Below, one piece after another: positions 16,057-26,471 of a DNA stretch of 64,000 bases. The stretch is from a virus. The stretch spans positions 1 to 64,000 of IMG/VR virus record IMGVR_UViG_3300025289_000026. One strand, written 5' to 3'. The notes beneath the pieces are model-generated. The model made no database searches. It was not told the DNA's origin and was given only the letters and a program-made list of their open reading frames with translations. A program made the translations under genes and the position numbers. The first letter of the stretch is position 1. Each line of letters starts with the position of its first letter.

Positions 16057-16730
16057 TTCGTCCCACCGGACAGACGCGAACGAATCGCATTGCCTGCCCC
16101 TTGGGCAAATCCACCACCTAGAGCACCTTTCTGCGTGAAGGGTTTGGACACCGGCATGCTCCCGGGGGTCGTGGGGGGTTTGACAGGCGGGCGAGTCGAT
16201 GGCCCAAAGATTCGATTCATCATCGGGGTGCTGGAGAGCTGGCCCCCGGGTGTTAAGCCCGAGGGCCCAAACGCCATCTTGGCCAACGGGATCTTTGGGG
16301 TCGTGAGCCCAATGGCCTGGGGCTTCACCCCGGGCTTACCTGGGGGCTTGAGCTTGGAGACCGTGCGCCCTGGGGTCAGTTTACCGGACGACGGCTTGAG
16401 TTCTTCACGCTCGACCGTTCGGTTTCGAATCATTTCCAAAAGCCCATTGTTCCGATGGATTGCGTCCGCGGCCCCGAGGCGGCTCTGGAGCGCCGGGATC
16501 CCAGAGTCTAGGTAGGCGGTCTTGCCCTGGAGGGCCAAGGATATCTTGCCCACCGGGGTCCCCCGGAGAGCGGTGGTGTTAAGTTTCCGCTGCCTCATCT
16601 TCTCGACGTACTGCCGAAGGGTCTCGGGTTGTGCGAGGAATTTTTTTGCCTCTTGGCCAATCGTCAGGACGCGGGCTGGCTTGAGGGTTGCGAACCCGGG
16701 CCCAAGGCCCGCGAGCTTGAATTTCACCAT
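16053..16730 (-). CDS. Basic Pro/Gly/Lys-rich K-x-A protein, putative internal head protein
   Basis: KLAG, KTAY, KMAF; TGC-TAAGCT 5 nt before ATG. Confidence 0.7.
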   Translation of the reverse strand: MVKFKLAGLGPGFATLKPARVLTIGQEAKKFLAQPETLRQYVEKMRQRKLNTTALRGTPVGKISLALQGKTAYLDSGIPALQSRLGAADAIHRNNGLLEMIRNRTVEREELKPSSGKLTPGRTVSKLKPPGKPGVKPQAIGLTTPKIPLAKMAFGPSGLTPGGQLSSTPMMNRIFGPSTRPPVKPPTTPGSMPVSKPFTQKGALGGGFAQGAGNAIRSRLSGGTN

Positions 16731-16827
16731 ACCTAAGCTTAGCAGGTTTGCACGCTACCGGAAAGCTCTGGTTTCCTGTTATAGTGTTGAGGTCGTAACA
16801 AAACCCCCTTTTTATCTGGAGGTGTCG

Positions 16828-17217
16828 ATGGATCCCGTGACTGCCGTGACGTTGAATGACACATCCGCTCTCTTGGGCCTCGTCCAAGGGTTCGCGAGTG
16901 CGGCTGAGAAAGGAAATTACTGGTGGGTCTCGGCCACCGTGGTGTACCTGCTGGTCGAGGTCCTGCGGGGCAAGATCCCGGGGACCAACAAGCCTTTGCC
17001 CTTTATCCCCGTGGTGTTGGCGCCTCATCTGTCGGGCAACGCGATCAAGATGGTGGTCCTGGTGGCCAACATCCTGATGGCGGGGATATACCTGTTGGCT
17101 GGAGTCCCGGTGGACAACGCGGTCGCCAGCGCGGCGACCGGATGGTTAGCTTCCATGGGGATCCACGATGCCGTTGGGCTCAAGAGCCTGGTGTTCAAAC
17201 CTTCGAGCAAGGTCTAG
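16828..17217 (+). CDS. Multi-TM membrane protein (holin-like)
   Basis: GGAGGT RBS; three or more hydrophobic segments; upstream TGT-TATAGT. Confidence 0.65.
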   Translation: MDPVTAVTLNDTSALLGLVQGFASAAEKGNYWWVSATVVYLLVEVLRGKIPGTNKPLPFIPVVLAPHLSGNAIKMVVLVANILMAGIYLLAGVPVDNAVASAATGWLASMGIHDAVGLKSLVFKPSSKV

Positions 17218-17227
17218 CTGACGGTTC

Positions 17228-18205
17228 ATGGCGCTCCCGATTGCCAAGATCACGTTGGAGAATGGAGCTACCCCGAGGGGCTTGTTCCTTACTCGCCAGG
17301 ACCTCCGGGCCGTCTCGTCCCATGGGGATGGTGACGTTGCCCAACTCCACGACTTCCGCCGTGTCTATAGCTTTGACCCTGGGTCCATGGCGGTTGACGA
17401 CGGGCTCGATCCCAATGTTGTGAAGCCGGACGACATCCTGGTGTCTAACCCTGGCCGTTGGTTAAGTGGTGACATATCCATCGACCTGACGCTCGAGGGC
17501 ACGACCTCGGCGCCGAGCGATCAAGGTTCTTCTATCACGTCGTACGCTTGGTTCCTGGTGTTCGAGCCGAGCGAAGGCAGCCCCCCGGCAGCCGCCCTGG
17601 TGGCCGGGGGTGCCACCGCTGTCCTCACGATTCCCCTGGGGGCCGGGTGGAACCCCGGGGGTATCCTGGTGTTCCTCCGGGTCACGGATAACGCGGGCCA
17701 GACGAGCATCGGGAACCCCTATGCCCCGGCGCTCAACCCGGATGCCCTGTTCCAATACATCCTGGGGACCGAGGAACTGGGGTTCGAGATCCCGGCCGCT
17801 GGGTCTCGTAACTGGCACCGCCACTACCAGAGGGCCTTCATCCTGCTGGATGCCAAGATCAAGGAGGTGGCCGAGACGATCCCGGGGGCCAACTTCCCGG
17901 TCAAGGAGGACAAGGGCAAGAACCCCACCAACACCACGACGATGGACCAAGAGGCCGTGGCCAATGTATTCATCACCAAGACGCCGGCCGGCGATGGCGT
18001 CGTGGCCGTCTACGTCGGGGGCCTGCGGGTCCAGGTGGGCAACGGGGTCAAGACCGAGGATTGCTACTTCAGCCCCGATGGCGGCACCACGGCCCGGCTA
18101 TTCGCCGACATCCAGGCAGGGGATCAGCTAATATGGAACACCGTGATCGCTGGCTACGGAGTGTCGCCCAGCGATGACATTGATTTCGACTACGACGCTG
18201 CCTAA
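17228..18205 (+). CDS. Virion structural protein with PKD-like domain
   Basis: S.ITSYAW...LRVTDNAGQTS PKD pattern; PGRW module. Confidence 0.75.
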   Translation: MALPIAKITLENGATPRGLFLTRQDLRAVSSHGDGDVAQLHDFRRVYSFDPGSMAVDDGLDPNVVKPDDILVSNPGRWLSGDISIDLTLEGTTSAPSDQGSSITSYAWFLVFEPSEGSPPAAALVAGGATAVLTIPLGAGWNPGGILVFLRVTDNAGQTSIGNPYAPALNPDALFQYILGTEELGFEIPAAGSRNWHRHYQRAFILLDAKIKEVAETIPGANFPVKEDKGKNPTNTTTMDQEAVANVFITKTPAGDGVVAVYVGGLRVQVGNGVKTEDCYFSPDGGTTARLFADIQAGDQLIWNTVIAGYGVSPSDDIDFDYDAA

Positions 18206-18209
18206 CCGT

Positions 18210-20570
18210 ATGATCAACGCCAAACAGATTCGAAACCTTACTCCCTTGGCCACCAAGGCGGTCTTTTCATCCGACTTCCTAAGGGATGCCGAAGGATGGA
18301 CCGACGTGAGTCCCAATGCAACGTCTGCCTGGGTGTCACCCCAGGTCGTCAGGGTCACGCAGATCAGTGGGTTCGGGCCCACTGACCCGCCGGTCACGGT
18401 GGCCAACGTCTTGCCCGTCCAGATGGGATCTTTTGTGACGTATGGACGCCTTGGGCTTGAGGCCACCGGTACTCTGAATCAGGGATTTGGTGCCGCGGCA
18501 TCTGGAGGCGACCAGATGGTCATGGGGTTTCTGGTGGATGGATCCCTAGCGGGTGGAGGGCCCACAGCCTTGATAGTATTGATAGCAATTCATGACGGTG
18601 CTGGAGACGCCGACATGTTCTTCCTTGGTGGATCGATTAGTGGCGGACCTATAGTGTTTGTCCCCCTCGGGGTAAAGCTTTCGGTGGTTACGGGTCGTCA
18701 GGTTGTCCGGATGGATGTCCTCAGAAAATCCGCTGGTGTCGCGGATGTCGTGTTTTCGTGGAACGGCGATACCGTTGGGATTCTTGACAATCTTTTGATT
18801 GCGGAGTTTGGATGGGATGTCGGGATGCTGGCGGCGCTGGCGTCGTTTTCCCAGGTGGCCGCTGTGCCGCTGGATTTTCATCGATTCAACGGTACCCGGG
18901 AAGCCGGGTTCATCGGTGCTCAAGTGCCTGATGTAGTCTTTACCCCAATAGTGGCAGAGTACACCTTTCAAGACGCCGATAGCTACCCCACGATGGCATT
19001 TTCGCCAACCGAGGGGGGTGCAACTGTAGAGGCTCCAAACAAGATCTCCGATGGTGGCGGTAATTTCGTGGCCTCGAGTGTAGAGCCAGGGGACAAGGTT
19101 GCACTTAATGGTGGGCCGTTTCCCGGAGTTTATGAAATCGCTACCGTCGCCCCAACCCAACTGACCGTAGTGGGAACACCCTTTGGATACGATGCTCCCC
19201 CGGGTCCTCCAGGTCAAGGCGGGCTGTGGGGACTCATCACGACGGCCGAGGTGCAGGTCGGTACCGCTACCGTCAACGATCCCGGGGCAGATTTTTCGAT
19301 GGTGCAGCCCGGCGATTTCTTCATCGTCACGGGCCCAACGGGAGACCTTGTTGGAGTCTACACGGTCGACACCGTGGGCAGCGGGACGCTGGATGTCGTT
19401 GGAACGACGTGGCCCGCGACGACACGGGTTGAGTACGTCGTCGTGGATCAAAACGACAATATTTTTGACGGTCAAGGTTGGCAATCCGACGGCGTCGATA
19501 ACATCCAGGCCGTGTATGACCACGGCATGACGGTATTTTTGAAGCCATCGGGAGCCGGAGCCGGGCCCCGGGTTATATCGGAGATTCTCTCGACACTTCT
19601 GTCGTTCCATCTTGGCCAGGCCTTTGGTTATGCCGTTGAATGCACCCTGACGATCCCCGGGCTGCCGTCGACGGGTTCCAACATAATGGAATTCGCCTTT
19701 GGTGTCTACCCGGGTTTAGTCGAAGCTCTACTGGCCGGTGTTTTGGTCGATTCTTCAGGTGTGTACGCAATAGCGTCGACGTCACCGTCGCCGGATGTCA
19801 GGGGTTCACTGCAGCCCGGTGTTTTTGGTCCGATAGCGTTGGCACCGACGAGCGGCCAGGGTCACGTCAAGATAAGATTTCGAGCGGAGATTTTTCATGT
19901 CGGTCAATCCAAAAAAGAGATGTTCCTCCGCGTGTACTTCGACGACACCCTGGTGGCGGCGTCGTCAGTGTCTAAGGAATCTCTTTGCGATGGGTCTTTT
20001 GGTGACGGCGAGCTTCGAGAGTTCTTGATGGCGATTGTCCTCAGCAGTACGTCGTCGAATATAGCGGCGTGGCGGTTTGAGAATATTAGGACGAGCAAAC
20101 TCACCAGCCAGGAAGCCCTGGTACCGCGGATCATTCGAGGAGATCCTCGCAACGCCTATGGTTCTTCGGTGGCCGTGACTGGTCTCACGGGTGTCTATCC
20201 TCAGGAGATGACGGGATTTCCAGGTGAGGAGCTAATCGACGTGACGGACGTCAGTCCTGGGACTAAATACCGGTGGTACGGAAATCCGTCGAAGTACCTC
20301 GACAACCCCGGGCACATCAAAGTCGTAGACAACGACGGCCAGACGACAATCGGCACCGGTACTTTTGACGGCGTCGGTACGCCGTTCTCCCGTACGGAGA
20401 TCGGCGACATACTGTGGATTTTCGAAGGGCCCGACATGGGTGAGTACGTCGTGACGGCAGTAGACCCGGGGTTCGCCCAGATCACCGTGGCCGCTGTCTT
20501 TGTAGCCACGACCTTAAGTCTGGACTACGCCGTGTACAAAACCCGTCCCGGCGAATGGGTGGTGGTATGA
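18210..20570 (+). CDS. Virion fibre/baseplate-associated protein
   Basis: MINAKQI start; beta-rich domains and three copies of the xGD beta module. Confidence 0.75.
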   Translation: MINAKQIRNLTPLATKAVFSSDFLRDAEGWTDVSPNATSAWVSPQVVRVTQISGFGPTDPPVTVANVLPVQMGSFVTYGRLGLEATGTLNQGFGAAASGGDQMVMGFLVDGSLAGGGPTALIVLIAIHDGAGDADMFFLGGSISGGPIVFVPLGVKLSVVTGRQVVRMDVLRKSAGVADVVFSWNGDTVGILDNLLIAEFGWDVGMLAALASFSQVAAVPLDFHRFNGTREAGFIGAQVPDVVFTPIVAEYTFQDADSYPTMAFSPTEGGATVEAPNKISDGGGNFVASSVEPGDKVALNGGPFPGVYEIATVAPTQLTVVGTPFGYDAPPGPPGQGGLWGLITTAEVQVGTATVNDPGADFSMVQPGDFFIVTGPTGDLVGVYTVDTVGSGTLDVVGTTWPATTRVEYVVVDQNDNIFDGQGWQSDGVDNIQAVYDHGMTVFLKPSGAGAGPRVISEILSTLLSFHLGQAFGYAVECTLTIPGLPSTGSNIMEFAFGVYPGLVEALLAGVLVDSSGVYAIASTSPSPDVRGSLQPGVFGPIALAPTSGQGHVKIRFRAEIFHVGQSKKEMFLRVYFDDTLVAASSVSKESLCDGSFGDGELREFLMAIVLSSTSSNIAAWRFENIRTSKLTSQEALVPRIIRGDPRNAYGSSVAVTGLTGVYPQEMTGFPGEELIDVTDVSPGTKYRWYGNPSKYLDNPGHIKVVDNDGQTTIGTGTFDGVGTPFSRTEIGDILWIFEGPDMGEYVVTAVDPGFAQITVAAVFVATTLSLDYAVYKTRPGEWVVV

Positions 20571-20842
20571 AAAAACGCTACATCGTGACGGGTCAGGTCG
20601 CTACCCCGACGGATGTCACGAGCCTACGGGACTGGCTCGTGGCACAGGCAGGCCCTGAGTTTGAATCCATTGAGGTCATCAGGATCCCCACGGCCAGTTG
20701 GCGCCGCATTACCCTTGGGCTAACTCGAGCGGTAAAACCAGAGGGTTCTATCCTTGTCAACTGTGGCCCCACTGCCCAGGCCATAGAGGCTAGACCCGAG
20801 TTTATCAAAAAGCCAACGATCACGATTGTCCTGAGGGCATAA
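20567..20842 (+). CDS. Hypothetical protein
   Basis: ATGA overlap. Confidence 0.6.
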   Translation: MKKRYIVTGQVATPTDVTSLRDWLVAQAGPEFESIEVIRIPTASWRRITLGLTRAVKPEGSILVNCGPTAQAIEARPEFIKKPTITIVLRA

Positions 20843-22021
20843 ATGTCGACCATCGGGCAGCCCGTTGAACTCTCGTTCGAGATTCTCCACGACGCCACCG
20901 GGGCCCAGATCCTGGCGCCCACGGGGTTGAGGCTTTACCTGGTGAAACCCGGGACTCAGGTGCTCGAATATATCCCGGGCCAAGTGTTTGAACCCGTGGG
21001 TGGTGGGGTCATCAAGACTACGATCCCGGGGGGTGAGATCAACGTCATGGGGCTCTACGGGGCCGTCGTGACGGCGGATAACGGTAGTTCTCGGGATATT
21101 GAATTGTTCGTTGCCCAGGGGGTACGGGCCAATGCCGAGATCTTGTTGCCTTTCGCAGCTCGGCGCGAAGATGGATCCGCCAAGACCAATCTCACGAGTT
21201 CCGCAGTATCGCTGTCTTTCCATCTCACCACCCAGGTGACCCGGACGGTCGATCCATTGGATTTTGTCCATCTGTTCGACAGCTTCGCGGCCCCGACGGC
21301 ATTCTACATGGTCCGGATCCTGGCGACCGAGTTGACCGGAGCGGGAACCCTGGCCTACGGGGTCGACGGGACTGACATGGAAGTATGGCGGCACGATCTT
21401 GTGATCCAAGATCAGCCATATGTGGATTTCACCATCAAGACGAACCCGTGGCTCGACAACGTGTCGGTTGAACTTTACCTGGACGACATCCTTGTGTTCC
21501 AGGGGATTACGGATCTGTTGGGCAACCTGGCGGCCCGGGCGCCGATCGGTACCCTGGAGGCCAGGATATCGAAGCTGGGGCTAGTCTTCAGCACCAACAA
21601 TTTTGTTGTCGAGCTGACCGAGGACACGGTATCGGTCGAGATCTCGACTGCCCATCGGGTTGAACAGACGGAACCCCCGGGATTCTGCAGGATTGATTTT
21701 CAGTTGCTCCAGGCCAATGGAACCCCACTGGCTGGCAAGAAGATTTTCTTTACCCCGATCCTGGGTCTCACGGGCACGGGCGCCGGGGTGGTGAAACAAC
21801 CGTTTGAAATCACCCTCGATCCCCAGGGCCGGGGGGTCATGTTCTTGATCCCGGGGATCCGGTCGGTGGTGACGCTCGAGGGCACGAGGTTGTACGAAGA
21901 GTTTGAAGTTCCGGCGCAACCTCAGGCCGATTTGTTCGATTTGATTTCATTTGAAGACAAAGGATTCCAATCCTACGCGGCCAAGCTGCAGGATGGGATT
22001 CGGAGGAGCCTGTTGCCCTGA
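20843..22021 (+). CDS. Virion protein with Ig/prealbumin-like domains
   Basis: Beta-sandwich patterns; C-terminal domain paralogous to the next gene. Confidence 0.7.
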   Translation: MSTIGQPVELSFEILHDATGAQILAPTGLRLYLVKPGTQVLEYIPGQVFEPVGGGVIKTTIPGGEINVMGLYGAVVTADNGSSRDIELFVAQGVRANAEILLPFAARREDGSAKTNLTSSAVSLSFHLTTQVTRTVDPLDFVHLFDSFAAPTAFYMVRILATELTGAGTLAYGVDGTDMEVWRHDLVIQDQPYVDFTIKTNPWLDNVSVELYLDDILVFQGITDLLGNLAARAPIGTLEARISKLGLVFSTNNFVVELTEDTVSVEISTAHRVEQTEPPGFCRIDFQLLQANGTPLAGKKIFFTPILGLTGTGAGVVKQPFEITLDPQGRGVMFLIPGIRSVVTLEGTRLYEEFEVPAQPQADLFDLISFEDKGFQSYAAKLQDGIRRSLLP

Positions 22022-23217
22022 TGGCCGCGTATGTAACCAAGGTATTTGTACAAGACCCCGGGGATGCCCCGGTCGTGGGGGCGTTGGTCGCGATCGTCTC
22101 GATGGCCGACGGTACCGTGGTCATGGGGGTATCGGACGGTACTGGGAAGGTCGAGGTTCCGCTCGAGGAGGGATTCTACGTGGTATCGGCGTCAAAGAAT
22201 CTGTACGTGTCACCCGCCTCCATGCAGATCGAGGTCGCGGCGCCCCCGAGTCCAACGGCCGCATTTTTCCGACCCCCCAACCAGGCCACCACGCAACAAT
22301 ACAGTGGATTTCGTAAGAACGTGAAACTCGGGATCGATGGCGCGGCCCCCGTGTTGATCGACGTGACCGGCGGGGACAACCTGGTGGCAAGTTTTGTTGA
22401 ATTGGTATCCAATCTCAACACTGGGCTAGGCGCGGGGATCGCGTCGGTTATTTTGGATGAGATCAGGCTACTCTCCACGACCGTGGGGGCGTTGTCTGAA
22501 ATCTTGATTGTGAACGACGGCACCGTGCCGGACCCAGCGATGGATTTGGTCTGGGGGTTGGTTCTTGGGGATGGGGACATCTTGATCAATGGGCAGGATA
22601 CCCCTGGGGACTTCAACGACTATGATGTTGAACTAACGCCATCCAGCGGGTTCACGAGTCTCGACCCAGAGCGGTGCGTCCTGTGGGGTGAGTTTTTTAC
22701 CAACCAGCCAAACGTGCCGTTGGCCGGGGCCACGCTTCAGTTCGAGGTCTTGGCCAGGCCTTCGGCCAACGACCAAGGTCTCGATGTAGCGGATTCCTTT
22801 TATCGTCAGACCGATGTCAACGGAGTGGCGTCGTGCGAGTTGATGCGCGGGGTGCTGGTCAACATCTACCTGCCCTGGCTCGATGTGGTCAAGACCGTGG
22901 TGGTGCCGAATGCTCCGTCGGCCGACCTGGCCGCGTTGTTGACACCTTACGCCGTGTCTGCCGACATAACCCGTGGGGTCGCGTTCTCCATGGAGGTGGG
23001 GCAAGTGTTGAACCCGGGGGTCAAGGCCGTGTTTTCCGATAGCTCGGTCAAGACAATCCCAACGGTCACCTACACGTCGTTGAATAGCGCGGTCGTCACG
23101 GTGACGAACGGGAACCTCGTGGCCGTGGCGTCCGGAACCGCATTGGTGACTGGTTCGTTCCGCAATGCTCGTGGCCAACTCATCATTACCCCCCAGGCCA
23201 CCGTCACGGTCCCATGA
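22021..23217 (+). CDS. Virion protein with carboxypeptidase-regulatory-like and Ig (Big-2-like) domains
   Basis: APVVGALV...SDGTGKV; VTYTSLNSAVVTVTNGNLVAVASGTALVT. Confidence 0.75.
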   Translation: MAAYVTKVFVQDPGDAPVVGALVAIVSMADGTVVMGVSDGTGKVEVPLEEGFYVVSASKNLYVSPASMQIEVAAPPSPTAAFFRPPNQATTQQYSGFRKNVKLGIDGAAPVLIDVTGGDNLVASFVELVSNLNTGLGAGIASVILDEIRLLSTTVGALSEILIVNDGTVPDPAMDLVWGLVLGDGDILINGQDTPGDFNDYDVELTPSSGFTSLDPERCVLWGEFFTNQPNVPLAGATLQFEVLARPSANDQGLDVADSFYRQTDVNGVASCELMRGVLVNIYLPWLDVVKTVVVPNAPSADLAALLTPYAVSADITRGVAFSMEVGQVLNPGVKAVFSDSSVKTIPTVTYTSLNSAVVTVTNGNLVAVASGTALVTGSFRNARGQLIITPQATVTVP

Positions 23218-23606
23218 CAGCACTCCAGATAGCAATTGATTCAGGTGACTATGCCAACGAGTTTCACCTGCTTCCTGAACTCAGGAGTTTGATTCCCAAG
23301 CGCCTCGATGGATCTGAATCGTGTCGAAGATTCCTCTTGCGAGTGGTCACCAGGTCGATCATCGATGTATGCGTCTACCCTGAGGGAAACCCTAGCCATG
23401 ATTCAGCCCGCGATTGGCTTATGGGAAAAGACGACTCTGCTATGCCCTTTCGCGATCTTGTGCTGCTCTTGGATCTCGAGTGGATTGAGTGCCAGGTGAT
23501 CGCGATCCTGAAGGGCAACACGGCGCATAAGAACAAGGTCATGGAAATGAAACGCTTGATCTATAGACTCGGGGAAGACGCCGTGGGGAGCGATGCCAGC
23601 GAATGA
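23214..23606 (+). CDS. Hypothetical helical phage protein
   Basis: ATGA overlap; RSIID...ARDWL...F.DL..LLDL. Confidence 0.65.
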   Translation: MTALQIAIDSGDYANEFHLLPELRSLIPKRLDGSESCRRFLLRVVTRSIIDVCVYPEGNPSHDSARDWLMGKDDSAMPFRDLVLLLDLEWIECQVIAILKGNTAHKNKVMEMKRLIYRLGEDAVGSDASE

Positions 23607-26190
23607 TTTCCTCCTCGATGCCGCGAACCGGCTACTCCCCGGGGTATTGTCCCGTAGTGTCTCGGGGGTCACCGAGGAGCTAGAGCTTCGTTTCTTCGAA
23701 ACTTCCGAGATTCTTGTCCATTCCCTTGCCCTTGACCCGGACGCACCCTACTACCTTGCGCTCCTGGTGATCTCGGGGATTCTGGATGACCTCCGGGGTA
23801 TCGAGAACCAGGTGGCCACGATCCTCGAGACCCTCGCGGCATCGAGAAAAGAAGCCCCACTCCCGCGGGTTGATCGACATTTCGACCTGGCGGCCAATGC
23901 CCTGGCTAACATAAGCACCAAGGTAGCGAGGGGAGGGTTCCCAACGGCTCATGACCTGGAGCTTTACTCTACGGAATCGAGGTTATTTGCCGCGGGCCAA
24001 TTGGTCCCCCAGGAGACCGTCCTGAGTGATGAACTCTATAGAATCAAGTTGCTCGGTGCGATCAAGGCGATGAACGAGACCCTTGGGTCTATTCACGAGC
24101 GTGCCGCACGAGTGACCCCAGGGTCATTCTTTGTCGACACTCTGGATGCTTCGATCCCAAAGTCAAGGCAGTTGGACATTTTTCTATCCAGGGTCCAGGG
24201 CATGGTGGAGTCTCAACGCCTTACCTTGTCGGATCCTTCGTCCGAGGTCAGGGCATCGGCATCTTCCAAGATGCTGGCCGAGACCGCCACCATGATCACG
24301 CTGATCAACACGCTGGTAACCCTTAGGTTCCTGGCGGGCCGCGCCAGGGTCACGGGCCAAGCCATCCCCGTGACGACACTCAACGGTACGTTGGTATCCC
24401 CAGGGGTTCCAGCACATCTCGACGGTACTGTGGAGACTGGAGATCTTGACAATCTTGGAACCCCGCGGGTTCATATAGATCCTGATGACGACACCCTGGT
24501 GCTGGACATCGATCAAGATGGTCTTGGTAACCCGGGGATCGCGGGTCAAGTGATTGTGCTCCCAAGCTCCACGGGCCCGTTGCTCCAGATATTGGACAAA
24601 CCAGGGACCGGGTGGGTGACGGAACACGATTTCACCGTGGTGTTCCTGTTACAAATCCATAAGGATGGGGTCTTGACACCGTTGCATCACCGTTTCGTGG
24701 TGATCCCGTCGTACGATGTGCCTGGTTCTTTGCCGGTCACGGCGGTTGACGGTGACTATGCCTACGTCGTGACCCCGGTGCAGTATTACAAGCGGGTCAC
24801 GGGGGTGTGGACAGCCATCGGGACCACGGCCCCCACGATCACGAGGCTCGAGTACAAAGGATTCTTCGATGATTCTCGCCGGACCCTCACGACGACCAAC
24901 CATGCACCCACGGGGCTAGTGCTGTCGGACGTCGTCGACACTACCGACGCAATGTCACCCGACCGTCTTGAGTTCACGATGAAGTCAGTCGTGACCTGGC
25001 GGGAGCGCGGGTCCGACATCACGATCCAGCTCCAGACCATTGGGACCGACCAGACCAGTTACGCTGGCTCTCCCTCGGTAGCCCAGGGGCTTGGCCCTTT
25101 GATCGATTCTGAGATCGACGGAGCTTTCGTAGGATCCCCAGGCAACCAGTTCACCACTGGATCGGGAGACTTTACTTTGGTTCGCCCGGGCCATGTGCTC
25201 CGGGTCCTCACGGGCACGAATCCAGGGGACTACCGTGTTACCGCGGTGCCGAGTGCATCGCTTCTGGAATTCGATGGATCGATTGCCGCGGAGACGGGTC
25301 TGACTTACGAGATCGTCACGGTCTCGGGATCGAACCTCCTGGTGGCCGTGGGCACCAGCCCCACGCTGCCCGATATCGTCGATGCAATCAACCTTGGGTA
25401 CGGAACTGTCGTGTTGGCGGAACAACGACCGGGCCGAAGGATCCGGATCTCGTCCCTGATCTCTGGGGTGTCGATTTCTGGCAGCACGGCCATGGGGTCG
25501 AGACTCAGGGTCTTGAGTCAACCGGCCGGCAGCGTGGTCCCCACGTTGTTGGGGCTATCGGTCGATCCGGTGTATGGACGCTGTACCGCGTTGCTGGATC
25601 GTCAGCATGACCTTGTGGCCGCCGGGATCTTGATCGGCATGATGGTGGAGTTAGGCGCCACGATTCTTGAGACCGGGGGGGACGAAACCTTGGTCTCAAG
25701 GGTCTTGGGATCCAATAGCTTTGCTCCTCTTCGGAAAATCCTTTCGATTCCCTCGGCAGTGGAGTACAGGCTTTTGGCCCTTGGGGCCAAGGGATACCAG
25801 GACACCATTGAGCCGGTGGCCGGCGCCTTGAAGGCCGCGATCGAGGTGTTGCCACTTGATACTGAAGCTCTATCGGTCCTGTTGGGCAAGTCGGTCAATA
25901 GCCCTGGGGATGTGCGCCGGTCACGTGATTATCTCGTGGACAAGTTCGGAAATCCTGCGGATCCATTGGACCCAGGGCCTGTGTCGGTATTGATACGAGA
26001 GTTTTCTAAGTACCAGGCCCCTGTATCCAGATCATTGGAATCCGCGATCGCGGGGATGCGGGAACGAGGGTTCGATCAGTCGGTTGACAAGTTATTGACT
26101 GGAGATGTCGAGGGAGCACTCGATGAGGCCAATGCAGCCTATGGATTATCGTTGAAACGGTCATTTCAGTCCCTTGGGGTTACACTGTAG
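23593..26190 (+). CDS. Large tail/baseplate protein
   Basis: 865 aa; helical termini, beta-rich middle; operon position. Confidence 0.7.
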   Translation: MPANDFLLDAANRLLPGVLSRSVSGVTEELELRFFETSEILVHSLALDPDAPYYLALLVISGILDDLRGIENQVATILETLAASRKEAPLPRVDRHFDLAANALANISTKVARGGFPTAHDLELYSTESRLFAAGQLVPQETVLSDELYRIKLLGAIKAMNETLGSIHERAARVTPGSFFVDTLDASIPKSRQLDIFLSRVQGMVESQRLTLSDPSSEVRASASSKMLAETATMITLINTLVTLRFLAGRARVTGQAIPVTTLNGTLVSPGVPAHLDGTVETGDLDNLGTPRVHIDPDDDTLVLDIDQDGLGNPGIAGQVIVLPSSTGPLLQILDKPGTGWVTEHDFTVVFLLQIHKDGVLTPLHHRFVVIPSYDVPGSLPVTAVDGDYAYVVTPVQYYKRVTGVWTAIGTTAPTITRLEYKGFFDDSRRTLTTTNHAPTGLVLSDVVDTTDAMSPDRLEFTMKSVVTWRERGSDITIQLQTIGTDQTSYAGSPSVAQGLGPLIDSEIDGAFVGSPGNQFTTGSGDFTLVRPGHVLRVLTGTNPGDYRVTAVPSASLLEFDGSIAAETGLTYEIVTVSGSNLLVAVGTSPTLPDIVDAINLGYGTVVLAEQRPGRRIRISSLISGVSISGSTAMGSRLRVLSQPAGSVVPTLLGLSVDPVYGRCTALLDRQHDLVAAGILIGMMVELGATILETGGDETLVSRVLGSNSFAPLRKILSIPSAVEYRLLALGAKGYQDTIEPVAGALKAAIEVLPLDTEALSVLLGKSVNSPGDVRRSRDYLVDKFGNPADPLDPGPVSVLIREFSKYQAPVSRSLESAIAGMRERGFDQSVDKLLTGDVEGALDEANAAYGLSLKRSFQSLGVTL

Positions 26191-26192
26191 CG

Positions 26193-26471
26193 ATGCCGGT
26201 ACTTTCTCGAAATGATGTCTATTACCTGGGCCTCGCGTCCGCGGCCATCAGGCGATCAACCCGTACGATGGAGTTTGCCACCACGCTCTCGGCCCTGAAG
26301 CAAGAGGCCATCGATGCGATAGGCGGGGATGGCAAAACCCTGGAGGCCGATGTCCCGCTCTCAAGGTTGGATTTCCTCACCATGTTGGAGAAGCGGGTAG
26401 ACGATATTGTCGCGACCGCGGTGGTCCGGAGCCCCGAGATCTTGACCGATGAACTTTTATTGGCCAGATGA
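26193..26471 (+). CDS. Hypothetical protein
   Basis: Tight packing; TACACT 6 nt before ATG. Confidence 0.65.
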   Translation: MPVLSRNDVYYLGLASAAIRRSTRTMEFATTLSALKQEAIDAIGGDGKTLEADVPLSRLDFLTMLEKRVDDIVATAVVRSPEILTDELLLAR

